Origin: Candidatus Aenigmatarchaeota archaeon
Lineage (GTDB): Archaea; Aenigmatarchaeota; Aenigmatarchaeia; QMZP01
Length of the DNA: 39,766 bases
NCBI GenBank assembly: GCA_043824495.1
Contig: JBDRSV010000025.1
Span: 1-39,766, forward strand
Reading direction: 5' to 3'
Shown: positions 26,071-36,170 of the stretch, piece by piece
Position numbering within the stretch: position 1 is the stretch's first letter
Layout of the letters: every line of letters begins with the position of its first letter
Position numbers and translations under genes: made by a program
Notes under the pieces: model-generated
The model's database searches: none
Told to the model about the DNA's origin: nothing
The model's input: the letters and a program-made list of their open reading frames with translations, nothing else

Positions 26071-29046
26071 ATGAAACTCAAATTTGCTTTGCTCCCTATT
26101 TTTGCTATCTCATTATTACTTGTTATATCGGTATCAGCAGTGCCTGGTCCAGAAGACCCAGATCTAATTATTGAAAGTATTACTTTTGCTCCAGCAAACC
26201 CAACAATAAACTCAGAAGTTATAGTTACAGTAACAACAAAGAACACTGGTGGTTCTGCCACACCAACTCCAAGCACAACATTACTCACATTGCCCGGTGG
26301 TGGAGAATTCTTTATCACAGTCCCTTTAGGTCTCGCACCTCAAACATCACACAGTAACAGCACAACTTTCACATGCGTAACTGCAGGTAATTATGCTTTC
26401 AAAGCAGAAGCTAATAAATACGGAACTTTCGAGGAATTCCATATTGACAACAATAACAAAACAGAAGTTCTAACATGCGATCCAAATCTTCCTGACCTGT
26501 CAATAACTCGTATAACAAAAAGTTCATCATCTCCGATAGACGGAGAATTATTTAGTGTTAATGTAGATACAACAAATGTTGGTCATATACCATCAGCAGC
26601 TTCTGTTACTGGATTGACATATGGCTGGGAACCTAACGAAATGACATTAAATGGTGATTTTAATCTAACAGGAGGACCATCTGGTGGATTCCTTAATTGG
26701 GAAGTAGGAGATGGAAGAGAACAATCTCATACGATTCAAACTGCTGGCTGCCATTCAGGTAATGGTTGTATAAGAGCATCTTGGGGTAACTGGTGGGCAA
26801 AGCAAAATGTCATGTTAGAATCAAATAAAGAATACACATTAAAAGTTTGGGTTAAAAACGACGGTTCTGCTTCTCCAAGTTGGACAGCATTTGCACTATT
26901 AGAAACTGTTAATCGATACAAGCCGAATGAAGGCGGCTCATATATAGGTTATCTTAGAACTTATACAGACGCATGTGAAAACGGAGCTTTAGAAAATGGA
27001 TGGCAAGAAAGAATTTGCACTTTCAACCCTATGGAAATATTAGAATCTAGGGGACCACCATTCAATGACCCTGTATTAAATCCAGCAGACCCAAGAATGA
27101 ATGCCAATATTTATTTACTTATTGATTCTAGCTGTCCTGGAGCAGCTGGACCTACAACAGGAAATTATTGTAACACGGCCTCCCCAACACCTACATGCAC
27201 TGTTAGTGGAGCAACTTGTACAACTGACAATGACTGTGGAGATGCATGCATATTAGGAACTTGTAGCAGAACAGGTGTATCTTGTTCATCTGCTAATGAT
27301 TGTGGAGCAAATGCATGCATGCAAGTGTATCACTACATCGATGATATTTCATTGACAGCAACATCTGTAGATTACACACATGAGTCAAAGAATTTCAATG
27401 TAGGAACTCTTGCCGTCCAAGCTACACAAACAGACACTGCAAACTTTTTCTGTCCTGATGTAGGTACCTTATCTTTCACAGCAACAGCAGATAAAAACAA
27501 TGTTGTGAATGAAATAAGTAATCAGAATAACGTTGATAACATGGTTGTCTCTTGTCAGCCAGGACCTGATCTAGCTATTGATAGTATTACTTTTGATCCT
27601 CCATCTGCCAAGATAGGAGAACAAGTAACAATTACTGTTCATACAAAAAATTATGGTGACGGAAGTGCCGGAACATCTATGACAGGTCTTGCAGCTACTG
27701 TAGGTTCACCAGTTCCAACATCTGGTTCTGTGGGTAGTCTAGCTGCAGGAGCAGGACCAGTATCCCAATCATTTTCATACACATGCTCGAATGTGGGCAC
27801 AGTAGATTTCACAGCAACAGCTGACGTAAACAGTGTTATTACAGAAACAAATGAAAATAACAATATATACCCAGAACAATTTAGTTGTTTAACAAATGAA
27901 CCTGATTATATAATATCATCAATTAGTTTTAGTGATAATACTCCTGTAGTTGAAGATACCGTAACAGTTACTGTAAACACTAAAAACATAGGAGCTTCAA
28001 CAACCTCCCAATCATTTACTGGTATAAGAGGTGATGCCGGAGCTGATTTCAATGTAACTCCTTTAGGCGAAAATGAAATCAATGTAATCACATTTGATTT
28101 CACATGCTTAACTGGCGGTGCAAAAACAATAAGAGCTGAAGCAGATATCTATACTCAAATAACCGAAGCTGATGAAACTAACAACATTTTAGAAAGAACA
28201 CTCAACTGTGGCTCAGCACCTGATCTTATTGTAGAAAGTGTAAGATTTACTAAAACAAATCCATATGCAGGAGAAGCCATTACAGTTAACATACGCATAA
28301 GAAATGCAGGAACAGGACCATCAGCAGTCTCTTCACCAACCAAAATATTAAAACCTAACGGCGGAACTCTTTTCATGAATGTGAATCCGTTAACAGCAGG
28401 TAATAGTCAAACATTAACAATTCCATGGACATGTCCTTCTCAAGGAAGCCACACATTTACAGTAACAGCAGATGACGGAAACCCAAACGCAGAATCTGAT
28501 GAAACTAATAATATTGGACAAGGAACAGTTAATTGTGGAGCTGCTGGACCAGATCTTGTAGTTTCTGTAATTGCAAACCAAAATTCTGGATCAAGCTTCG
28601 GTACTGTAACAGTTAGAACAAAGAACATTGGACCACAAACAGCCCTTGAATCACAAACAGAACTTGTTGGAAAGAACTCCTTTAGTATCCCTTCATTATC
28701 TCCTGGTCAAGTATACACAAACACATATGGTTACAAATGTGCAAGAAACCAGCAACTCAGATTCACAGCAATAGCTGATAGTTATGACCAAGTATCAGAA
28801 ATGAGCGAGACAAATAACAGAGCAACTTCTCTAAATGTATGTAATCAATTCTCTCCTGGAGACTCAGGAACTCCTGTAGCATTCTTCCAGTATGTAGTTG
28901 ATGACTTTGCAACTCCAGGATCACCAGTAAACCTATTAGGCCTTTCAGGTGTGGTTCTTGTGGCAATAATCATTGTAGGTGGTTTATTCTACACAGGAAG
29001 AAGAAATAAAGGAACAAGATCCAAAGATTTAGTTATTGGTTCTTAA
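26071..29046 (+). CDS. Cell-surface protein with six CARDB (Ig-like) domains, a CBM-like insert, a Cys-rich repeat and a C-terminal TM anchor
   Basis: ORF 25984..29046; likely start MKLKFALL at 26071 (signal peptide). PDL-type repeat starts at 26158, 26491, 27565, 27901, 28219 and 28549, mostly ending in E..E.NN motifs. C-terminal GVVLVAIIIVGGLFY is followed by basic residues. Confidence 0.85.
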   Translation: MKLKFALLPIFAISLLLVISVSAVPGPEDPDLIIESITFAPANPTINSEVIVTVTTKNTGGSATPTPSTTLLTLPGGGEFFITVPLGLAPQTSHSNSTTFTCVTAGNYAFKAEANKYGTFEEFHIDNNNKTEVLTCDPNLPDLSITRITKSSSSPIDGELFSVNVDTTNVGHIPSAASVTGLTYGWEPNEMTLNGDFNLTGGPSGGFLNWEVGDGREQSHTIQTAGCHSGNGCIRASWGNWWAKQNVMLESNKEYTLKVWVKNDGSASPSWTAFALLETVNRYKPNEGGSYIGYLRTYTDACENGALENGWQERICTFNPMEILESRGPPFNDPVLNPADPRMNANIYLLIDSSCPGAAGPTTGNYCNTASPTPTCTVSGATCTTDNDCGDACILGTCSRTGVSCSSANDCGANACMQVYHYIDDISLTATSVDYTHESKNFNVGTLAVQATQTDTANFFCPDVGTLSFTATADKNNVVNEISNQNNVDNMVVSCQPGPDLAIDSITFDPPSAKIGEQVTITVHTKNYGDGSAGTSMTGLAATVGSPVPTSGSVGSLAAGAGPVSQSFSYTCSNVGTVDFTATADVNSVITETNENNNIYPEQFSCLTNEPDYIISSISFSDNTPVVEDTVTVTVNTKNIGASTTSQSFTGIRGDAGADFNVTPLGENEINVITFDFTCLTGGAKTIRAEADIYTQITEADETNNILERTLNCGSAPDLIVESVRFTKTNPYAGEAITVNIRIRNAGTGPSAVSSPTKILKPNGGTLFMNVNPLTAGNSQTLTIPWTCPSQGSHTFTVTADDGNPNAESDETNNIGQGTVNCGAAGPDLVVSVIANQNSGSSFGTVTVRTKNIGPQTALESQTELVGKNSFSIPSLSPGQVYTNTYGYKCARNQQLRFTAIADSYDQVSEMSETNNRATSLNVCNQFSPGDSGTPVAFFQYVVDDFATPGSPVNLLGLSGVVLVAIIIVGGLFYTGRRNKGTRSKDLVIGS

Positions 29047-29085
29047 TTTTCTAAAACTTTAATATTCTAAAAACAAAGTAAGAAT

Positions 29086-30171
29086 ATGGATATACAAACA
29101 CGATTAGATTTGATAAGGGGTGTAGGAGAAGAGATAATCACAGCTACAGAGCTTCATCATCTACTAGAAACTAAGACACATCCTCATGCTTATGATGGAT
29201 TTGAACCATCTGGCCTAGCTCATCTACCTTTTGGTGTGTTTAGACCTTTACTTTTGAAAGACTTACTCAAAGCTGGAGTGAAATTTACGTTATACTTAGC
29301 AGACTACTTTGCATGGATAAACAAGAAAATGGGCGGAGACTTAGAGAAGATACGTAAGGTTGGCGAATATTTCATAGAGGTATGGAAAGCAGCTGGTGTA
29401 GATACCACCAAAGTTAAGTTTGTCTGGAACAGTGAAGTGATGGACAAAGAATACTGGAAAAAGGTTCTTCTAATATCTAAGAACACATCCCTCAAGAGAA
29501 CTACGAGAGCACTCACTATTATGGGAAGAAAGGAGGGAGAACTCCAGGAAACAGCACAGTACTTCTATCCTATGATGCAAACTGCAGACATATTTCACTT
29601 GAAGGCTGATATTTGCCAACTTGGGTTAGATCAGAGAAGAGCAAATATGCTTGCTCGTGAGGTTGGACCTAAATTAGGTTGGCATAAACCTGTTGTAGTG
29701 AGTCATCATATGCTTATGGGATTAGAGGGAGCAAAAACTCCTGAAGGTTATGAAACAGATGCAGTCTATGACGCAGAAATTAGCTCAAAGATGAGTAAGA
29801 GTAAGCCTTCATCAGCTATATTTGTACATGATTCCACGGAAGAAATCAAGAAAAAAATCTCTGGAGCTTATTGTTCACCTAAAGACGTGATAAACAATCC
29901 AATGCTTGACTACTCTAAACACTTAATTCTTAGAAAGTTCGGACAGATGGAAATCAAGAGAGACAAGAAATTTGGCGGGGATTTATTCTTTGAGAAATAC
30001 GAAGACTTAGAAAAGATATTCTTAGAGGGTAAGCTACATCCAATGGATTTAAAGAACACAGTAGCAGATTACTTAGATCAAATGATCTCACCAGTAAGAA
30101 CACATTTCACTAAAACAAAGAAAGCCAGAGATCTTGTAGAATTTGTGAAGAAACAAGAAATCACTCGTTAG
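29086..30171 (+). CDS. tyrS: Tyrosyl-tRNA synthetase (archaeal type)
   Basis: AYDGFEPSG, LADYFAWIN, YFYPMMQTADI, QLGLDQR, KMSKS. Confidence 0.95.
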   Translation: MDIQTRLDLIRGVGEEIITATELHHLLETKTHPHAYDGFEPSGLAHLPFGVFRPLLLKDLLKAGVKFTLYLADYFAWINKKMGGDLEKIRKVGEYFIEVWKAAGVDTTKVKFVWNSEVMDKEYWKKVLLISKNTSLKRTTRALTIMGRKEGELQETAQYFYPMMQTADIFHLKADICQLGLDQRRANMLAREVGPKLGWHKPVVVSHHMLMGLEGAKTPEGYETDAVYDAEISSKMSKSKPSSAIFVHDSTEEIKKKISGAYCSPKDVINNPMLDYSKHLILRKFGQMEIKRDKKFGGDLFFEKYEDLEKIFLEGKLHPMDLKNTVADYLDQMISPVRTHFTKTKKARDLVEFVKKQEITR

Positions 30172-30613
30172 CTGATTTGATTTCTTTTGCTAGCTTCTTA
30201 AGTTCTTTTATATCAACTTGAGTTCCCATCTGCGTTGTTATATAACCAGGATACTTCTTAAAAAATACTCTGTCTTTAGCCAGCATCTCGTGAAATTTGT
30301 CTTCTAATCCATGCATTGGGTATAGTTTGATATGAGCATGATTAACTCCCATTCCTTCCATAACCATTGAAACTCTTTGGACTTTCAATCCTTTCTCCAT
30401 AATCCTAGCAACTGTTTTAGATGCAATCATAAGATCGTCATAAGCTTTATCAGGTATGTCAAACGCATACGAATCATAGTGTTTCTTTGTTATCAGAACT
30501 ACCATTCCTTTGGTATTAGGATAGAGGTCTAGTAAAGCAATATGCTCTTCATCTTCCCATACACTCACTGACTCCAATTCTTCCTTCACAATCTTACAGA
30601 ATACACAATCCAT
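30161..30613 (-). CDS. HIT family protein
   Basis: MDCVFCKIV, LDLYPNTKGMVVLITKKH, variant triad NHAHIKLYP. Confidence 0.88.
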   Translation of the reverse strand: MDCVFCKIVKEELESVSVWEDEEHIALLDLYPNTKGMVVLITKKHYDSYAFDIPDKAYDDLMIASKTVARIMEKGLKVQRVSMVMEGMGVNHAHIKLYPMHGLEDKFHEMLAKDRVFFKKYPGYITTQMGTQVDIKELKKLAKEIKSANE

Positions 30614-30617
30614 AGAA

Positions 30618-31847
30618 TCAGTTCCTTATCACTTTCACGCTAATTATCTTCTGTTTTGAAACCTTGTCAATCTCTAGGATAGCATTTTTTAGTTTTATTC
30701 TTTCTCCTTTCTTTGGTATTCTCTGCAATTTATGTTCTATGTAACCAGCTATAGTATCAAAATGTCCTGTATCTATTCCTAGACTCAGAATTTTGTTCAC
30801 TTCTTGCACAGAAGCTTGAGCATCTATTCTTGTCGTCTTCTCATTTATTTTCTTTATATGAATGCTACGCCTCTTGCTTTTGTCAAAAATCTCACCCACA
30901 ATTTCTTCTAGAATATCATCAAGTGTCACCATTCCCGATACATTTCCAAATTCATCGACTACTATAGCTAAAGGAACATCTTTTCCTTCAAGTTCTGTTA
31001 ATAAATCGTCTATTTCTTTGGATTCTGGGACAAATGGGACCGGTTTTGAAAGAGTTTTTACCTTTACATCAACTCTTTTATTTTTCACAAACCTCAAAAC
31101 ATCATCAATATCAACAACCCCAATTATATTATCTTTATTTTTTTCGTATATAGGATATCTAGAAAATGGAGATTTGACAACAAAATCCAACACTTCCTTC
31201 AGTTTACTATCTCCATCAAGCATCTCTATTTCAGACTTCCTCGTCATCACTTCCGTCACTCTGGTATCTTCAAACTCTATCATATTATGCATCATTTCAG
31301 CAGCTTCTCTACTGAGAATTCCTTCTTCCTTACCCATCGTAACAATTGTTTTCAACTCTTCTTCAGAAAGATCTTTCTCTTTCTTTGATCCAAGACGCTT
31401 GGACATTGCTCTTGATATAAGTTCAAAGAATTTCACAAGTGGCCATAAAATCTTGGATAGGATTTCAATTGGTCTTGCAACCTTTAGGGACATCCTTTCT
31501 GCATTCTGTGTTGCGAATGTTTTAGGTGTTATTTCACCGAACACCAGGATTAGGAATGTCATAACGCCTGTGGCTATTCCTATACCATTTGATCCGAACA
31601 TTTCTGTGAATATAACTGTTGCTAAGGACGCAGCTCCTATATTCACTAGATTGTTTCCTATGAGAACTGTAATGAGCAATTTGTGTGGATTATTTTTAAC
31701 ACGAAATAAAGCCTCAGCTCCCTTCTTTTTCTGCTTTAGAAGAGATTTGACTTTCATCATGCTGACAGACATTAAAGCGGTTTCTACTCCGGAGAAGAGC
31801 GCGGAGAGTCCTATTAATATTATTAAAATGATTATCTGAATTTCCAT
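30618..31847 (-). CDS. CNNM/CorC-HlyC family membrane protein (DUF21 + 2 CBS + CorC_HlyC)
   Basis: SALFSGVETAL, LITVLIGNNLVNI, LVFGEITPK, VTEVMT, FSRYPIY, AIVVDEFGNVSGMVTLDDILEEIVGEI. Confidence 0.93.
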   Translation of the reverse strand: MEIQIIILIILIGLSALFSGVETALMSVSMMKVKSLLKQKKKGAEALFRVKNNPHKLLITVLIGNNLVNIGAASLATVIFTEMFGSNGIGIATGVMTFLILVFGEITPKTFATQNAERMSLKVARPIEILSKILWPLVKFFELISRAMSKRLGSKKEKDLSEEELKTIVTMGKEEGILSREAAEMMHNMIEFEDTRVTEVMTRKSEIEMLDGDSKLKEVLDFVVKSPFSRYPIYEKNKDNIIGVVDIDDVLRFVKNKRVDVKVKTLSKPVPFVPESKEIDDLLTELEGKDVPLAIVVDEFGNVSGMVTLDDILEEIVGEIFDKSKRRSIHIKKINEKTTRIDAQASVQEVNKILSLGIDTGHFDTIAGYIEHKLQRIPKKGERIKLKNAILEIDKVSKQKIISVKVIRN

Positions 31848-31975
31848 TTTATATCTAATAATAAATTTGTGAAGATTCTATATATGTGTTAAAACAAGCA
31901 TCAAGAACTCATTTTATTCTTATGGGAATGTTTTGGGCATTAATATATAAAATGAAGCTTACATAATTATAGATA

Positions 31976-32983
31976 ATGTCAACAATAATAGCACATGTCA
32001 CAGGTATTTACCCGTATTCACGTAAACATTCTTTAGCTGCACGTCGTTTTGGAAGAGGAAGTATAAGCAAAGAAGATCTCCTTAAAATCCAAGTAGAAGA
32101 TTCTCGGCTGTTTGTTTCTAAACAAAAAGAACTTGGATTAGATTTTGTTTCTGATGGACAATTCTTATGGATGGATTATGCAAGACCATTCGCTCTCACT
32201 AACAATAGAATAGCAGAAGAAAACCTTGAAATGGTGAGAAGATCTGATACTAACACGTTTATCCGAAGACCAAAAGTTGATGAATTAAACGAATTGAAGA
32301 ATATAGACTTGAAGAATTTCATGCTTCCTATAGAAATAGAGAATAGGAGTCTGAAGGTTTATGGACCTTATACATTCTCTAAATTAGCTGTTTTTAATGG
32401 ATTTTCCACTGAAAAAATTATGGAGATTCATGCAGAAGCATTAGCCAAAACTGTCAATGATCTTAATTTAAGTTATCTAGAAATTGCAGAACCAGCATTA
32501 GTCGAGCACCTTCCTACAAAAGATTTATTAGAACAAACAAAGAGCTGCATTGAAACAATTACTAAAGATTTGAATGGAACAGAAACTAATCTCAGTTTAC
32601 CTTTCAATTCACCCCAACCAATATGGGAAAATATTCTAGACTTTCCAGTCAAAGGTTTGACCGTGGATATGAGATCAAGAGATTACTTCAACATCATACC
32701 ACAAGCCGAAGAAATTGTTTCAAATCATAATTTCATTTTTGACTATGACATACAAAAGAAACTCGTTCTTGGATGTGTAAATGGAAGAAATGGTGGATTA
32801 ACTCCAGGTATGGGATTAGAGACATCAGAATGGATAGTTCAAGTAGTCAATCTTGTAAAAGACAAGACTTCTACTCCTCTAGGAATAACATTTAGTGCAG
32901 ATGAGGTTCTTGTTCCAAGAAAAGTAGCTGATAAGAAATTAGAAAGCATAGCAAAAGCTAAACAGATTTTAGGAGGCGGATAA
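31976..32983 (+). CDS. N-terminal (folate-binding, non-catalytic) half of a split cobalamin-independent methionine synthase
   Basis: HVTGIYP, QKELGLDFVSDGQFLWMD, DTNTFIRRP, GPYTF, LEIAEPAL, LGCVNGRN. Lacks the Zn ligands seen in the next gene. Confidence 0.75.
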   Translation: MSTIIAHVTGIYPYSRKHSLAARRFGRGSISKEDLLKIQVEDSRLFVSKQKELGLDFVSDGQFLWMDYARPFALTNNRIAEENLEMVRRSDTNTFIRRPKVDELNELKNIDLKNFMLPIEIENRSLKVYGPYTFSKLAVFNGFSTEKIMEIHAEALAKTVNDLNLSYLEIAEPALVEHLPTKDLLEQTKSCIETITKDLNGTETNLSLPFNSPQPIWENILDFPVKGLTVDMRSRDYFNIIPQAEEIVSNHNFIFDYDIQKKLVLGCVNGRNGGLTPGMGLETSEWIVQVVNLVKDKTSTPLGITFSADEVLVPRKVADKKLESIAKAKQILGGG

Positions 32984-34117
32984 ATGTCTAATGTGAGATT
33001 ACTGGAACCAATGGAAGTTGGAAGTTTGAGAATACCTGATTGGGTTCAAACTCTTCATGGTAAAGCTAACTTCACTCCTGATAAATTAACCAAGACTTTA
33101 CAAGAAATTGAAGCATGGGAAGAAGGAACTGGAGCAAACGGAGAAGCTACAAGATTAAAAGAACTATTAAACAATCCAGGATCGAATGGCTGGAAACAAG
33201 AAACTTTAATAGAATCTTTAAGATTCCCTGTTATGTTTTTCAAAGCAGCTGGTTTACACGTATTCTCTCCTAGTGGTGAGTGGAGACTAGTACCTGGAGA
33301 CATGTACAAGTATGAAATACACCAAGTAGAAGGAATAGACCTAAGCGGAGAATATACAAGAGCTTTTGATAATAGAATATATGAACCTGGAATAATAACT
33401 GGAAAAATAGGTTTGAAACAAATGTTCCCTAATGATGAGATAAATATAGCAAGAAAATACATGGCTCCTGAAGATAAGATTAAGTTTGCTTTCTCAGGTC
33501 CTTTAACTCAGGTTTTCTGGTCATTAAATGAATATTATAGAGATGTAAGAGAAGCTGTTCTAGATTACGCAGAAAATGTAATCAGACCAAATATAATTGA
33601 TTTGATTAAACGCGGAGTTGAGATTATACAAATAGATGAACCACAAGTCCACCAACTTGGAGCTAAACTATGCGCAGAAGCATTCAATGTTGCAACCAAG
33701 AGTCTAGATGCAGAATTCTATATACACATGTGCTTCGGGGATTATAGAAATGAAATCTTCCCTGATATAATGGAAGCCAAGAACTGTAAATTATTTTCAC
33801 TGGAGTTATCTAATGGTGACAGCTGGAACACAGAGGGTAATAGACCTGGATATGAATTCTTAAAAGACTTTTCTGAGTATAATGATGGTCGTATGATTGG
33901 TGTTGGCTTATTTGATATACACAATCCAAAAATTGAATCAGTTGAATTGCAAAGAGCTAGATTAGAAACCGCCATTAAATTTTTGAAAGATCCTAAATTT
34001 GCTCAACCATGGCCCGATTGTGGAGGAAGACAATTACATCCATTCAATTCATATCTACCAAAACTAAAAAACATGGTTCAAGCAGCTGATCAAGTTAGAT
34101 CACAATTTGAAAATTAA
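32984..34117 (+). CDS. metE: Cobalamin-independent methionine synthase, catalytic (C-terminal) half
   Basis: EVGSLRIPDW, SGPLT, IIQIDEP, Zn ligands HMC, E in LELS and C in PDCG; GLFDIH. Confidence 0.85.
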   Translation: MSNVRLLEPMEVGSLRIPDWVQTLHGKANFTPDKLTKTLQEIEAWEEGTGANGEATRLKELLNNPGSNGWKQETLIESLRFPVMFFKAAGLHVFSPSGEWRLVPGDMYKYEIHQVEGIDLSGEYTRAFDNRIYEPGIITGKIGLKQMFPNDEINIARKYMAPEDKIKFAFSGPLTQVFWSLNEYYRDVREAVLDYAENVIRPNIIDLIKRGVEIIQIDEPQVHQLGAKLCAEAFNVATKSLDAEFYIHMCFGDYRNEIFPDIMEAKNCKLFSLELSNGDSWNTEGNRPGYEFLKDFSEYNDGRMIGVGLFDIHNPKIESVELQRARLETAIKFLKDPKFAQPWPDCGGRQLHPFNSYLPKLKNMVQAADQVRSQFEN

Positions 34118-34119
34118 TT

Positions 34120-35001
34120 ATGGACATGAAGACAGATTCTGAAATCTTGATAAGTTACGAGATTAAGGTACCTGGGATAAGATCTACACAAGAGAAGGTA
34201 GATAATATAATAATACAATTATCAGAAAAGATCAAAGAGAATGATTTCATTCAATTCATAAACATACCAGAAATAATCGAAGAGAACTGGAAAGGGGATT
34301 CTTATTATAGATCAGTCGATGTTGTCAGTCTAGGCGACAAAATACAGAAAGTCACACAAAAAGAAATAATAATTAATAAAATTGTTGGTCACATAGAAAA
34401 AGATATTTTCCAGGATTTTTTGAGAGAGACAAAAGAAAAAGGAATACAAAACATTGTTCTTGTTGGTCCGACAAATGACGCTTTTAGCTATCCTGGACCA
34501 TCAATTCCAGAAGCAAACAATGAAGCAGCTAACTCGGGTATCATAGTAGGAAATATCTGCATACCAGATAGAAACAATGAAGCTGATAGAATGTTCAAGA
34601 AAACAGAGTGTGGGTGCTCTTTTTTCACAACACAAGTTCTTTTTGAAGAAGAGAACATGAATAATGTCCTGAAAGAATATGATAAGTTATGCAAAGAAAA
34701 CAGAATAAAGCCAGCTAGAATATTTCTTTGTTTTGCAACAATCGCTGATGAATATGATATTGACTTTTTCAAATGGCTAGGTGTGGTAATACCAGAAAAA
34801 ACAGAACAAGAACTAAGAGAATCAACTGACATGAACGAATACTCCATCAAAAAACTCAGAGAAACATATGAAAACAATCTGAAGTTCAAGAAGGAAAACA
34901 AGATAGAAGTTCCACTAGGTCTTAACATAGCTCAGGTTTCTATACACAATTTTGATATTTCATTTAAGTTAGCAAGAGAATTGTTTCAAGTTAAGTTATG
35001 A
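34120..35001 (+). CDS. Methylenetetrahydrofolate reductase-like protein, resembling the mycobacterial flavin-independent type
   Basis: ISYEIKVP, FINIPEIIEE, GIQNIVLVG, GNICIPDRNNEADRMFKK, FFTTQVLF, ARIFLCF, FFKWLG. Operon position between metE and folC. Confidence 0.75.
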   Translation: MDMKTDSEILISYEIKVPGIRSTQEKVDNIIIQLSEKIKENDFIQFINIPEIIEENWKGDSYYRSVDVVSLGDKIQKVTQKEIIINKIVGHIEKDIFQDFLRETKEKGIQNIVLVGPTNDAFSYPGPSIPEANNEAANSGIIVGNICIPDRNNEADRMFKKTECGCSFFTTQVLFEEENMNNVLKEYDKLCKENRIKPARIFLCFATIADEYDIDFFKWLGVVIPEKTEQELRESTDMNEYSIKKLRETYENNLKFKKENKIEVPLGLNIAQVSIHNFDISFKLARELFQVKL

Positions 35002-36170
35002 AATATGAAGAAGCTATAGATTATCTCTATCACCTACCCATATTCTTGGGTGATCGTGGTCTAGAGATGATGAAAGAAGGATTAAAGAAATTTGGCAACC
35101 CAGAGAAAGAACTAAAAATAATTCACATAACAGGAACCAATGGGAAAGGTTCTGTTGGGGCAATGATCCAATCTATTCTACAAGACGCTGGATATAAAGT
35201 AGGTTTCTTTACATCACCACATCTTATCACACTAAGAGAAAGAATTAGAATAAACAATAGACTTATTTCAGAACAAGAGTTAGTCGACCTCTTCTTGAAA
35301 GTGAAAGAGAAAATGCCGGAAATGAAATTCTTTGAATTCGTAACTCTAATGTCCATAATCTATTTCAGCGAACAAAAAGTAGATTACGTAATACTAGAAG
35401 TTGGGTGTGGAGGAACAATGGACGCCACTAACATCTCCGACACTCCAGTTATTTCAGTTATAACTAATGTTGGATTAGATCATACTCACATACTCGGTGA
35501 AACAGTTGAGGAGATTGCAAAGGATAAATCAGGAATAATCAAACAAGGAGTGCCTGTAGTAACCGCAGCAAAGAAACCAGAAATTTTAGAAATAATAAAA
35601 AGCATTGCTCAAAAAAAAGATGCTAAACTTATTCAAGCATCTCCAAGTGATTATGAAACAAATCTTCTCGGAGATTTCCAGAGAATAAATACAGGAATAG
35701 CTGTAGCAACTACAAAAGAGATCGGAATAAAAGACGAGAATATAAGAGATGGTTTGAAGCATGTACAATGGCCTGGTCGTTTACAATATTTAGAAAAGGA
35801 TTTCCTTGTGGACGGAGCACATAACGTAGAAGGTTTAGAAGTTCTGAAAAAATACATAGACTCTCTAGACCGCGAAGTTATAATCATTTTCGGATTCTCA
35901 GGTAAAAGAAATGCAAAAGAATTGATGAAACATTTTCCAAAAAACAAACATTTAATTTTCACTCAATCAGAATCAGCATTGGTAGACATGGGACAAAAGA
36001 AAGGCCTAGATCCTGATTCAGTAGATGTAGACTGCAAAAAGATCAAGGATTTCAGAAAAGCAATAGAATATGCAAGATCACTTCAGAAAAACGGAGAATT
36101 AATTCTCGTCACAGGATCCATCTACCTCGTCGGGGATGTGATGAAAGAACTTGGGGCTTCAGTAGAGTAA
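34998..36170 (+). CDS. folC: Folylpolyglutamate synthase / dihydrofolate synthase
   Basis: HITGTNGKGS, FTSPHL, ERIRIN, LEVGCGGTMDATN, ITNVGLDH, WPGRLQ, DGAHN, VTGSIYLVG. Confidence 0.95.
   Translation: MKYEEAIDYLYHLPIFLGDRGLEMMKEGLKKFGNPEKELKIIHITGTNGKGSVGAMIQSILQDAGYKVGFFTSPHLITLRERIRINNRLISEQELVDLFLKVKEKMPEMKFFEFVTLMSIIYFSEQKVDYVILEVGCGGTMDATNISDTPVISVITNVGLDHTHILGETVEEIAKDKSGIIKQGVPVVTAAKKPEILEIIKSIAQKKDAKLIQASPSDYETNLLGDFQRINTGIAVATTKEIGIKDENIRDGLKHVQWPGRLQYLEKDFLVDGAHNVEGLEVLKKYIDSLDREVIIIFGFSGKRNAKELMKHFPKNKHLIFTQSESALVDMGQKKGLDPDSVDVDCKKIKDFRKAIEYARSLQKNGELILVTGSIYLVGDVMKELGASVE

Noticed and set aside
29185-29240. TyrRS HIGH motif reads HLPF
   Set aside because: HIGH variants are common in this TyrRS subfamily and the KMSKS motif is intact; not clearly unusual.
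30862-31839. 325-aa plus-strand ORF
   Set aside because: It lies entirely antisense to the well-supported CNNM/CorC gene and has the Ser/Ile/Phe-rich composition of a reverse-complement shadow.
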